A stretch of 43,998 bases of DNA, from the IMG/VR virus record IMGVR_UViG_2671180473_000007; one strand, 5' to 3'. Below the pieces are notes generated by a model. That model saw only the letters and a list, made by a program, of their open reading frames with translations, searched no databases and was not told the origin of the DNA. The stretch's first letter is position 1. Every line of letters begins with the position of its first letter. Shown piece after piece: positions 1-7,102 of the stretch. The DNA is from a virus. Lineage: Duplodnaviria; Heunggongvirae; Uroviricota; Caudoviricetes. A program made the position numbers and the translations under genes.

Positions 1-13
1 GTCCAATGTGCAT

Positions 14-51
14 AAAAAAATCCGGAAACAAGTGAGCGTTTCCGGATTCTT
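14..51. terminator. Rho-independent terminator hairpin downstream of ratB
   Basis: 9-bp perfect stem tccggaaac/gtttccgga (21-29/38-46) with 8-nt loop, preceded by A7 and followed by ttctt; on the minus strand the hairpin is followed by a U7 run, 3' of the ratB stop at 125. Confidence 0.55.
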
Positions 52-124
52 ACACAGCCACTGGATCGGTCAACTGATCCTTAACTGATCGGCATTAGCT
101 CAATGAGCACCTTTTTTCTGTCTG

Positions 125-415
125 TTATTTATTCGCTGATTTTTCTGCTCGTTGCCTGCGAAGCTCTTTCGGATCGGCAATGAGAGGGCGATAAATCTCC
201 ACCCGATCGCCATCATGCACACTATCGCTTAGTTTTGCCGGACGGCTGTAAATGCCGACTTTGTTTTTAGTTAAATCGATATCGGTACGCAATTCCAGCA
301 AGCCACTGGCGCGAATAGCTTCTTCAACCGTCGCGCCCTCCTGCAGCGTCACGCGCTGCAGGTACTGCTTCTCAGGTAGCGCATAAGCCACCTCAACGGC
401 AATTTTACCTAGCAC
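125..415 (-). CDS. ratB: RatB (YfjF, UPF0125 family) protein
   Basis: ORF track 125..499; translation from [25 protein letters not shown] onward matches my recollection of E. coli RatB. Start trimmed to GTG at 415 (AAGAGG 6 nt upstream), giving 96 aa; overlaps ratA stop by 11 nt. Confidence 0.85.
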   Translation of the reverse strand: MLGKIAVEVAYALPEKQYLQRVTLQEGATVEEAIRASGLLELRTDIDLTKNKVGIYSRPAKLSDSVHDGDRVEIYRPLIADPKELRRQRAEKSANK

Positions 416-881
416 TGTAAACCTCTTTCGCACGAACCGTAAAAGCCTGGACCATATTAGACGCCAGCTCTTTAAACACGCGACCAAAGGCGAGTTCAAT
501 CAACTTATTGGTAAACTCAAAGTCGAGATGAAACTCGATACGACACGCCTCCTGGCTCAGCGGCGTAAACTTCCATCCACCAATCAATTTCTTGAACGGC
601 CCATCCACCAGATTCATAAGAATACTTTGGTTACTGGTCAACTGGTTGCGGGTAGTAAACGTTTTGCTGATCCCAGCCTTAGAGACATCTACCGCCGCAG
701 TCATCTGCCCAGGAGTGGACTCCAGAATCCGACTTCCGGTACAACCCGGCAAAAACTGAGGATAAGACTGAACGTCATTCACTAACTGATACATTTGCTC
801 CGCGCTGTAGGGTACCAGTGCGGTCCGGCTAATCTGAGGCATAACTATTTCCATCAACAAAAATCCAACAAATAATATCAT
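405..881 (-). CDS. ratA: Ribosome association toxin RatA (YfjG, SRPBCC/polyketide cyclase-like)
   Basis: 158-aa ORF; sequence and position (divergent from smpB, upstream of ratB) match the E. coli ratA locus as I recall it. Confidence 0.85.
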   Translation of the reverse strand: MILFVGFLLMEIVMPQISRTALVPYSAEQMYQLVNDVQSYPQFLPGCTGSRILESTPGQMTAAVDVSKAGISKTFTTRNQLTSNQSILMNLVDGPFKKLIGGWKFTPLSQEACRIEFHLDFEFTNKLIELAFGRVFKELASNMVQAFTVRAKEVYSAR

Positions 882-1012
882 TTATCCTGCTGTAAAAAAA
901 ACGCTATCCCGGCGCTGGGTAACATCGGGTTCATGCTAAGATAGAGCCTTGTCCCCCGCAGGATTGATATGGGGTGTTTTCGATTTCAGATTACCGATGA
1001 TTCACGACGCTT

Positions 1013-1495
1013 ATGACGAAGAAAAAAGCACATAAACCTGGTTCAGCGACCATCGCGCTTAACAAGCGCGCCCGTCACGAATACTTTATCGAAGAAGAGT
1101 TCGAAGCGGGACTTGCCCTGCAAGGCTGGGAAGTTAAATCCCTGCGCGCAGGAAAAGCCAATATCAGCGACAGCTACGTCCTTCTGCGTGACGGAGAGGC
1201 ATTTCTGTTTGGCGCTAACATCACGCCAATGGCCGTGGCCTCCACGCATGTGGTGTGCGATCCTACCCGTACCCGCAAGTTACTTCTCAACCAGCGCGAA
1301 CTGGACTCATTGTACGGTCGCGTCAATCGAGAAGGCTATACCGTAGTGGCGCTCTCCCTGTACTGGAAAAATGCCTGGTGCAAAGTGAAAATCGGCGTCG
1401 CCAAAGGTAAAAAACAGCACGATAAACGTTCAGATATCAAAGAACGCGAATGGCAGGTGGATAAAGCACGTATCATGAAAAACGCCCACCGTTAA
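1013..1495 (+). CDS. smpB: SsrA-binding protein SmpB
   Basis: 160-aa [56 protein letters not shown]...; immediately upstream of tmRNA. Confidence 0.97.
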
Positions 1496-1709
1496 ACCTG
1501 CACTCCAATTATTGACCAGTTCCTCACCGCGCCTCCCTCTCCGGCGGCGCGAATGAACATCTTATTGGCTATCACATCCGACACAAATGTTGCCATCCCA
1601 TTGCTTAATCGAATAAAAATCAGGCTACATGGGTGCTAAATCTTTAACGATAACGCCATTGAGGCTGGTCATGGCGCTCATAAATCTGGTATACTTACCT
1701 TTACACATT

Positions 1710-2072
1710 GGGGCTGATTCTGGATTCGACGGGATTTGCGAAACCCAAGGTGCATGCCGAGGGGCGGTTGGCCTCGTAAAAAGCCGCAAAAAATAGTCGC
1801 AAACGACGAAAACTACGCTTTAGCAGCTTAATAACCTGCTTAGAGCCCTCTCTCCCTAGCCTCCGCTCTTAGGACGGGGATCAAGAGAGGTCAAACCCAA
1901 AAGAGATCGCGTGGAAGCCCTGCCTGGGGTTGAAGCGTTAAAACTTAATCAGGCTAGTTTGTTAGTGGCGTGTCCGTCCGCAGCTGGCAAGCGAATGTAA
2001 AGACTGACTAAGCATGTAGTACCGAGGATGTAGGAATTTCGGACGCGGGTTCAACTCCCGCCAGCTCCACCA
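1710..2072 (+). ncRNA. ssrA: tmRNA (SsrA), 363 nt
   Basis: Begins GGGGCTGATTCTGGATTCGACGGG and ends GGTTCAACTCCCGCCAGCTCCACCA; internal tag-peptide reading frame gcaaacgacgaaaactacgctttagcagcttaa (ANDENYALAA*) at 1799-1831. Confidence 0.96.
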
Positions 2073-2196
2073 CTTTTGACAGGACTGCAACCGGACAGAG
2101 ACTATAAAAACAGTCACTTACGGACACTGACCAGACAGTAAGCGGACCAGAAAAAGACAAAAATATACACGCAAAATGCACGTGCATTTCAAAAAA

Positions 2197-2226
2197 GCCT
2201 CTGATTATGAAGTCAGAGGCTTTTCT
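2197..2226. terminator. Rho-independent terminator hairpin between ssrA and the prophage tfa gene
   Basis: Stem gcctctga/tcagaggc (2197-2204/2213-2220), 8-nt loop, A6 upstream and ttttct downstream; bidirectional geometry, 45 nt from the tfa stop at 2271. Confidence 0.5.
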
Positions 2227-2270
2227 AGTTGTAAATAAGGGTAACAATTTAACACGATGCAGCTTACCAA

Positions 2271-2963
2271 TTACGTAACATCAAACGCTCTAATTGTTCC
2301 CAAATCCTCCAGACCACTCAGCTCCTCTTTCATTTCACGCTGACGGCGATAAATCTCATCGTTGCGATCGACCTGCGCCTGCACCATTGCTGCCGCCAGT
2401 TCTTCCAGTTCCGGCATCGACAGTTTCACCTGCTGATTATCGGCATCNNNNNNNNNNNNNNNNNNNNNNNNNNNNNNNNNNNNNNNNNNNNNNNNNNNNN
2501 NNNNNNNNNNNNNNNNNNNNNNNNNNNNNNNNNNNNNNNNNNNNNNNNNNNNNNNNNNNNNNNNNNNNNNNNNNNNNNNNNNNNNNNNNNNNNNNNNNNN
2601 NNNNNNNNNNNNNNNNNNNNNNNNNNNNNNNNNNNNNNNNNNNNNNNNNNNNNNNNNNNNNNNNNNNNNNNNNNNNTTCCATTCAAACGTGAACGGCTTC
2701 GCCTCCTGTTCTGTGCGCCATGCTTCAATTTCCTGACGTCTGGCCTCTCTGGCCGCTTCCAGCATTTCTGGTGTCACAGTGAATGGGGCTATCTCACCCC
2801 ATTTGCCACTTTGCAGTTCCTGCCAGATTCGCTGACCCGTCGGTGCGACATCATCAGCGGTGGCTGTGTAGGGGACTGCCTGGTCCCTGTCGTCAAAAAA
2901 AACGTCACAGTCTACTGCGCCACTTTCGGTATAACGGGGATTAATGATTTTTTTAATTTCCAC
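2271..2963 (-). CDS. Phage tail fibre assembly protein (Tfa-like), interrupted by an assembly gap
   Basis: ORF track 2271..3023; lies directly downstream of a side-tail-fibre gene. Start trimmed to GTG at 2963 (GAGGAA 6 nt upstream, coupled to the stf stop). Contains a run of N, so true length is unknown. Confidence 0.55.
   Translation of the reverse strand: MEIKKIINPRYTESGAVDCDVFFDDRDQAVPYTATADDVAPTGQRIWQELQSGKWGEIAPFTVTPEMLEAAREARRQEIEAWRTEQEAKPFTFEWXXXXXXXXXXXXXXXXXXXXXXXXXXXXXXXXXXXXXXXXXXXXXXXXXXXXXXXXXXXXXXXXXXXXXXXXXXXXXDADNQQVKLSMPELEELAAAMVQAQVDRNDEIYRRQREMKEELSGLEDLGTIRAFDVT
2447..2676. other. Run of ~230 N (assembly gap or masked sequence)
   Basis: Literal n characters in the sequence; translated as X in overlapping ORFs. 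Confidence 0.99.
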
Positions 2964-2973
2964 GGTGCATTCC

Positions 2974-4146
2974 TCACGATGTGCGAATAAAAAGCCCGGG
3001 CATTGCGCCAGAGACATGAGCATCCGGCACCCCGGACAGGGCGCAATATGACCCCGGTAATGAATGCTCTGAACATCCCGTAATGAAAAATTGTGGGGAT
3101 GCTATATACGTTCCGGTGGGAGTACTGGGCACTGAAATCCCCACCGGTCCCAGTCGTGAGCCTCTGTATGACTGCCCCCTGACAAGTCTGATGACTTTAT
3201 CACCGTCAGCTTCTCCCTGGTACGCAGCAATAATCAGCCCGCCAATGTCAGGGTCTCCCCATCTGTTGCAGACAGAGCTCGCCACGATTCTGTAAATAAT
3301 ATCTTCTGTGGTTATATTTATTTTCACCCAGCCAGTCAGTCTGGATATGGGCCAGTAGCAGTAGCGGGTGTGATAAATGGGGCCGTTAATGCCGTAAAAA
3401 GTAAGGGATTTGGCTCTGTACCTCGGTTCTGTTGTCTCAGGGCGTGCATCAGTCCACCGGATGCTGAGCACCCCTTCAAACCGTGTGTCGGGTATGATGA
3501 TGTCGTAGGGGCCAGCAACGGAATATTCACCTGGCAGCGCATTCCTTACCCAGGCCAGGAAATCACTCTTAGTGTCAAAACGGATAACATCTTCAGGCAG
3601 AAAAGCACACCCAAAGCCGAATGCGCCGGGTATCGCCAGACGGCCTTTTGTCCGGTCGTAAATGTCGCTCTGTGCTTCCATCGTGGCCGCACTTTTCAGC
3701 CCCAGATTATCCCGGGACTTCTGTTGTGCCTTTTCGCCTGCTGCTGCGATTTCAGACAGATGGTTAGCCGTTTTCAGAGTGCCGGTCAGCGCAGCATCAA
3801 TGTCATTTTTGGCCTGCTCTGCTGCGCGGGCATAACCTGCGGCTGCCGCCACATCCTGCGCCGTCTGCTGTGCGTTTCCGGCTGCGGCCCCGGCGCTCTG
3901 CTGCGCCTGCGCCACCATTTCCTCAAAGCGTTTGACGACATCCGGTTTCAGGTCGCCCTCATCAGGAGCAATCAGAAAGTCATTCAGCGTGCCGGGCTTT
4001 GAGTCGTCGTATACAGCAATGTCGCCAACGTTGTACTCGTTGTGCCAGCCCGGTTTCAGATACACACCATATTTTCCAGTCCGCGCATGGAAACAGTATT
4101 CACCATCGTTTCCTGTCATCACATCAGCAACAGTGTGCATCACCAC
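2974..4146 (-). pseudogene. Lambda Stf-like side tail fibre protein, apparently 5'-truncated
   Basis: 390-aa ORF with YDDSKPGTLNDF...RFEEMVAQA motif resembling the N-terminal region of lambdoid Stf. Frame is open upstream to 4203 without an RBS and runs into the IS66 terminal repeat at 4163, suggesting ~20 N-terminal codons were lost. Confidence 0.6.
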
Positions 4147-4162
4147 TTCCGGGGTGTTTACC

Positions 4163-4744
4163 GTAAGCGTGCAGCAAGAACCGTATTGACGGGAATGTGT
4201 TATTCAGTCGGCAGTGCTACGCGCCAGGGGAGCAGTTCGCCGACCCGGTTTATCGGCCAGTCGGCTATGACGTCAAGGACATAGCGGAGGTAGCTTTCTG
4301 GCTCCACTCCGTTCAGTTTGCACGTCCCGATCAGGCTGTACAGCAGCGCTCCCCGCTCTCCTCCATGATCCGAACCGAAGAACAGGTAGTTTTTGCGGCC
4401 CAGACTGACCATCCGCAACGCATTTTCAGCGATGTTATTGTCCGCCTCAGCCCAGCCATCATCTGCATAGTACGTCAGCGCCGGCCACTGGTTCAGGGCA
4501 TATGCGAACGCTTTCGCCAGTTCTGAGTGTCGCGACAGGGTTTTCATCTTTTCACGCAGCCAGCTTTCCAGGGATTTCAGCAGCGGTTTCGTTTTCAACT
4601 GACGTTCGGCAAGGCGCTGTTTCAGCAGGAAGATGTCGTCAGAAGAGATGTCGTTCATAAGCCCGTATTTTACCGGGCTTATTCTGTGACAACCAGGATA
4701 AAGAGATTTACAGCATGGTCAGGGAGGTCAGCAGCCGCTTAGGC
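4163..4744 (-). mobile_element. IS66-family element, right-end fragment (terminal repeat plus 3' part of tnpC)
   Basis: GTAAGCG at 4163-4169 (IS66 ends typically start GTAA) lies ~37 bp beyond the tnpC stop. Inner boundary with the Mu-like end is uncertain (4660-4760). Confidence 0.6.
4200..4658 (-). pseudogene. IS66-family transposase TnpC, C-terminal fragment
   Basis: 152-aa ORF with ALNQWPALTYYADDGWAEADNNIAENALRMVSLGRKNYLFFGSDHGGERGALLYSLIGTCKLNGVEPESYLRYV, characteristic of the IS66 TnpC C-terminus; roughly 370 N-terminal residues are absent. Confidence 0.8.
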
Positions 4745-4765
4745 TGTCTATAGCGCGGCGATTTT

Positions 4766-4831
4766 TTTGATACCGATTTGCATTTCATTTGATACCGCTG
4801 AAAAACGCCGATACGCAACTTATTTGATACT
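4766..4831 (+). repeat. Mom-proximal (attR-like) end: three clustered ATTTGATACCG-type repeats, putative transposase binding sites
   Basis: tttgataccga (4766-4776), atttgataccg (4787-4797), atttgatact (4822-4831); close spacing resembles Mu R1-R3. Confidence 0.6.
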
Positions 4832-4876
4832 AAATCGGCGCTTTTCTTTTGAGTTTTAGAATGAGTTTTTAAGCGT

Positions 4877-5614
4877 TCATTCACTCTCTTTCAAACCAGT
4901 TTTAACTGTTTGTGGTTTTGGGTAAGGCTGGACTTTGAATAGCTTTGTGTTAAGGCGTTTTCTGGCTCTCTTGTCCAGAAACCGGATGTAACGAAACTGA
5001 CGGAATTTATGAACACTGGCTCTGTCGATATTAGCCCGCAGATGTTCACCTCGCTGTCCTCCTCGTTTGATTGCATTCTTGCAAATCTCGTGATACCACT
5101 CGCCATCAAGTTCATAGAATGTTGTTTCATGACTGCCTACATAATCAAAATTGCTTGCCTGGTACACGACACCAAGACAGCCACAACGCTCATCTGCAAA
5201 CGACTGAACCCACTGCACCTGCGGATAAAGTTGTCTGATTAGTTTGAGCGCGTAACTGATTGCCCTTGATTCGGAGTTTCTCGGCATACAGTCATGCAGC
5301 CATAACCGGTTAAGCTCCATATATTCGCGGTTCTGCGTGCCAGTTACGACGCGTGCACCATTGTTTGGATTAAGGGCATAACCCCATTGCATTACGCCAA
5401 CCAGCTCCCGTTCTGAAAATATGCCCAGATGAAGGTAGGAATTATTTACGAAACGATGGCTGTAATGTTTATTGACGACGACCAGCCGGGCCAGCCAGCA
5501 ACTTATTGTCTCAACCCGTAACTCACGGGAGCCATAACCGACGATATTGTCGTTATAGTGAATAAGTTCAGGCGTGCTGATGATACGGGATGTAACTTGC
5601 TTTCTGTTCCCCAC
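4877..5614 (-). CDS. mom: Mom-like DNA modification protein (assignment by position)
   Basis: ORF track 4877..5809; lies immediately downstream of and overlapping a Com-like zinc-finger gene at the phage end, as in Mu. Start set to GTG at 5614 (AAGGAA upstream, just 5' of the com stop). No family motif recognised directly. Confidence 0.5.
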   Translation of the reverse strand: MGNRKQVTSRIISTPELIHYNDNIVGYGSRELRVETISCWLARLVVVNKHYSHRFVNNSYLHLGIFSERELVGVMQWGYALNPNNGARVVTGTQNREYMELNRLWLHDCMPRNSESRAISYALKLIRQLYPQVQWVQSFADERCGCLGVVYQASNFDYVGSHETTFYELDGEWYHEICKNAIKRGGQRGEHLRANIDRASVHKFRQFRYIRFLDKRARKRLNTKLFKVQPYPKPQTVKTGLKESE

Positions 5615-5768
5615 GACAGGATTTCCTTGTGTATGTGGGGTGCTCTGTGGCGCTCTGAGATGTGATTTGATTGAGGGTTTTACAGCGCGGACATTTAACT
5701 TCCAGATAACTGAAGCTGGCTCGTGCCAGTAGCTTGTTACAATGTCGGCACCGTATGTTTCGATACAT
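5568..5768 (-). CDS. com: Com-like zinc-finger translational activator
   Basis: ORF track 5568..5813 trimmed to ATG at 5768 (GGAGG 9 nt upstream); [35 protein letters not shown] has the CxxC...CxxC pattern and resembles Mu Com as I recall it. Confidence 0.7.
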   Translation of the reverse strand: MYRNIRCRHCNKLLARASFSYLEVKCPRCKTLNQITSQSATEHPTYTRKSCRGEQKASYIPYHQHA

Positions 5769-5789
5769 GGCCGCATAACCTCCTGCTTT

Positions 5790-5840
5790 GTTGTTGATAT
5801 CTTTATCACTCAATCGATCGACAAAAACGATCGATTTGAT
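5790..5840 (-). promoter_or_regulatory. Putative com-mom promoter regulatory region with clustered GATC (Dam) sites
   Basis: GATC at 5816-5819 and 5829-5832 within nested atcgatcg palindromes, ~50-65 bp upstream of the com start; Mu Pmom is controlled by Dam methylation of upstream GATC sites. Confidence 0.4.
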
Positions 5841-6024
5841 TTATTTAATTGATACAACAAATAACACGAAATGTCATTAGCGAAAATTTATGAGTTTGAT
5901 CACTAATTTTAAACGGTGCTGTAACGCATAAGTGCTGAATGATTGTACATTTGAATACCGCAAAGCAAACAAATCAACTAATTTATAGAAGTCAATTGGT
6001 TAATTGCCAGCGTAAGAGGCTGCT

Positions 6025-6318
6025 ATGGACAATCATGTAACGACGAGAAATCGAAAAATGATTGAAAATGCGGAAATCTATAATGATTATTTTTCCGATT
6101 ATTCAGATGCCTGCAAATACAGTTCGAGTGCGGGAGAGTTCATATGCTTCAACTTTTTTATTAAATCTTATGTTTTTCCTCCACAGCAAGAAGATGGAGG
6201 TGTGCCACCTCCTGAAATCACTTTGCACCGTATAGCCTCCGTCTCAATGATGGAGCAACAGGCTAATGAGCTGTATAGCATTCTGGGAACGATTCTACAA
6301 AAGCGTGAATCGGACTAA
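6025..6318 (+). CDS. Hypothetical protein (97 aa) in AT-rich island, opposite strand to phage genes
   Basis: ATG with AAGAGG 7 nt upstream; sits in a markedly AT-rich block (~5820-6480) unlike the GC-rich backbone. No recognisable motif. Confidence 0.4.
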   Translation: MDNHVTTRNRKMIENAEIYNDYFSDYSDACKYSSSAGEFICFNFFIKSYVFPPQQEDGGVPPPEITLHRIASVSMMEQQANELYSILGTILQKRESD

Positions 6319-6485
6319 TGATACCGGTTCATTTGCCTGCCCGGATGGGGAAGCAGGATTGACTGCTCCATAAGCAGCTATATTTCTGAATACGAAATAC
6401 TATCCAGCGATTACATATGGCTGGATAGCGGCAAAGATGTTTTCATTAGTGTCAAACCGGCAGAGGACACCACCGGTTTGTATTG

Positions 6486-6740
6486 TTACATCATGGTACT
6501 GTCAGTTCCGGGCTGAGCCGGGTCTGGTTGCTCTGGCTGCGCGTCGGTTTTCGGCTCATTATCAGCATCACTGGCCGCAACTGCTGGCCCAATAAGTTTT
6601 GCCAGCACTTCATCAACGTAAGTGTCGATTTGTGCCTCAAAATCCTTGCGGACCTGCGCTTTCAGCAACTTATTTACTTCACCGGAATACAGTGCCTGTT
6701 TTACCAGGTCTTCAGTGACGGTGCCTTTAATTTCTGGCAT
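6486..6740 (-). CDS. Hypothetical small acidic protein (84 aa)
   Basis: ATG preceded by perfect AGGAGG at 7-nt spacing; acidic, Pro/Asp/Glu-rich C-terminus. Confidence 0.55.
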   Translation of the reverse strand: MPEIKGTVTEDLVKQALYSGEVNKLLKAQVRKDFEAQIDTYVDEVLAKLIGPAVAASDADNEPKTDAQPEQPDPAQPGTDSTMM

Positions 6741-6775
6741 GTATATCCTCCTTATGCGGGAATAAAGCCCTGCAA

Positions 6776-6958
6776 TCAGGGCTGGGTCGGGTCTTTTGGG
6801 AGCGGAGTTACCTGCGCTGTTTTACTGAGTTTTTCAGCTGCTGCGTCCTCAATTTTGCGGCGAACATAATTTCTGATGGCCTTATAACCACCACTCACCA
6901 GATATAACGCACATACTGCCGTGCAGAAATACAATAAAATAAGCTGTAAAAATGTCAT
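6776..6958 (-). CDS. Hypothetical small membrane protein (60 aa, one N-terminal TM helix)
   Basis: ORF track 6776..6970 trimmed to ATG at 6958 (GGGAGGG upstream): MTFLQLILLYFCTAVCALYLVSGGYKAIRNYVRRK, hydrophobic helix then basic region. Confidence 0.55.
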   Translation of the reverse strand: MTFLQLILLYFCTAVCALYLVSGGYKAIRNYVRRKIEDAAAEKLSKTAQVTPLPKDPTQP

Positions 6959-7054
6959 TATCCCTCCCAATTATTGACATGGTGTTGACACCGGTAATAT
7001 CTGTTAGGTAAAAAGGTGCACTGCATTTTTTGCTTTGGATATAACGATCTTTTT

Positions 7055-7097
7055 GCCGCCGGTTTCTTGTTTTCCCTTACCGGCGGCATTTTTTTAT
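7055..7097 (+). terminator. Canonical rho-independent terminator, plus-strand orientation
   Basis: 9-bp perfect GC-rich stem gccgccggt/accggcggc (7055-7063/7079-7087) followed by atttttttat; T-run only on the plus strand although flanking genes are minus-strand. Confidence 0.5.
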
Positions 7098-7102
7098 CCT
7101 GC

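Noticed and set aside
125-499. Extended 124-aa version of the ratB ORF
   Set aside because: The extension overlaps ratA by ~95 nt; an internal GTG at 415 with an AAGAGG RBS gives the expected 96-aa protein.
2073-2270. Expected integrase or attachment-site core next to the tmRNA 3' end
   Set aside because: No integrase-like ORF is present; only a terminator hairpin and a palindrome. Any attachment-site remnant could not be confirmed without a comparison genome.
3370-4526. Plus-strand ORFs 3370..4002, 3932..4189, 4042..4284, 4197..4526 opposite stf and the tnpC fragment
   Set aside because: Antisense to recognisable tail-fibre and transposase coding sequence; Cys/Arg-rich junk-like translations.
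4527-4742. 71-aa plus-strand ORF spanning the IS66/Mu-like junction
   Set aside because: Antisense to the IS66 tnpC frame and crossing a mobile-element boundary; no RBS.
5950-6327. Internal sequences resembling the terminal repeat motif (atttgaataccg near 5950, tgataccgg at 6319)
   Set aside because: Single imperfect copies in AT-rich DNA and not arranged as end-like clusters; likely chance matches.
6483-6869. 128-aa plus-strand ORF overlapping the two small minus-strand genes
   Set aside because: Begins at a TTG with no RBS and has an implausible composition, whereas both minus-strand ORFs have near-perfect Shine-Dalgarno sequences.
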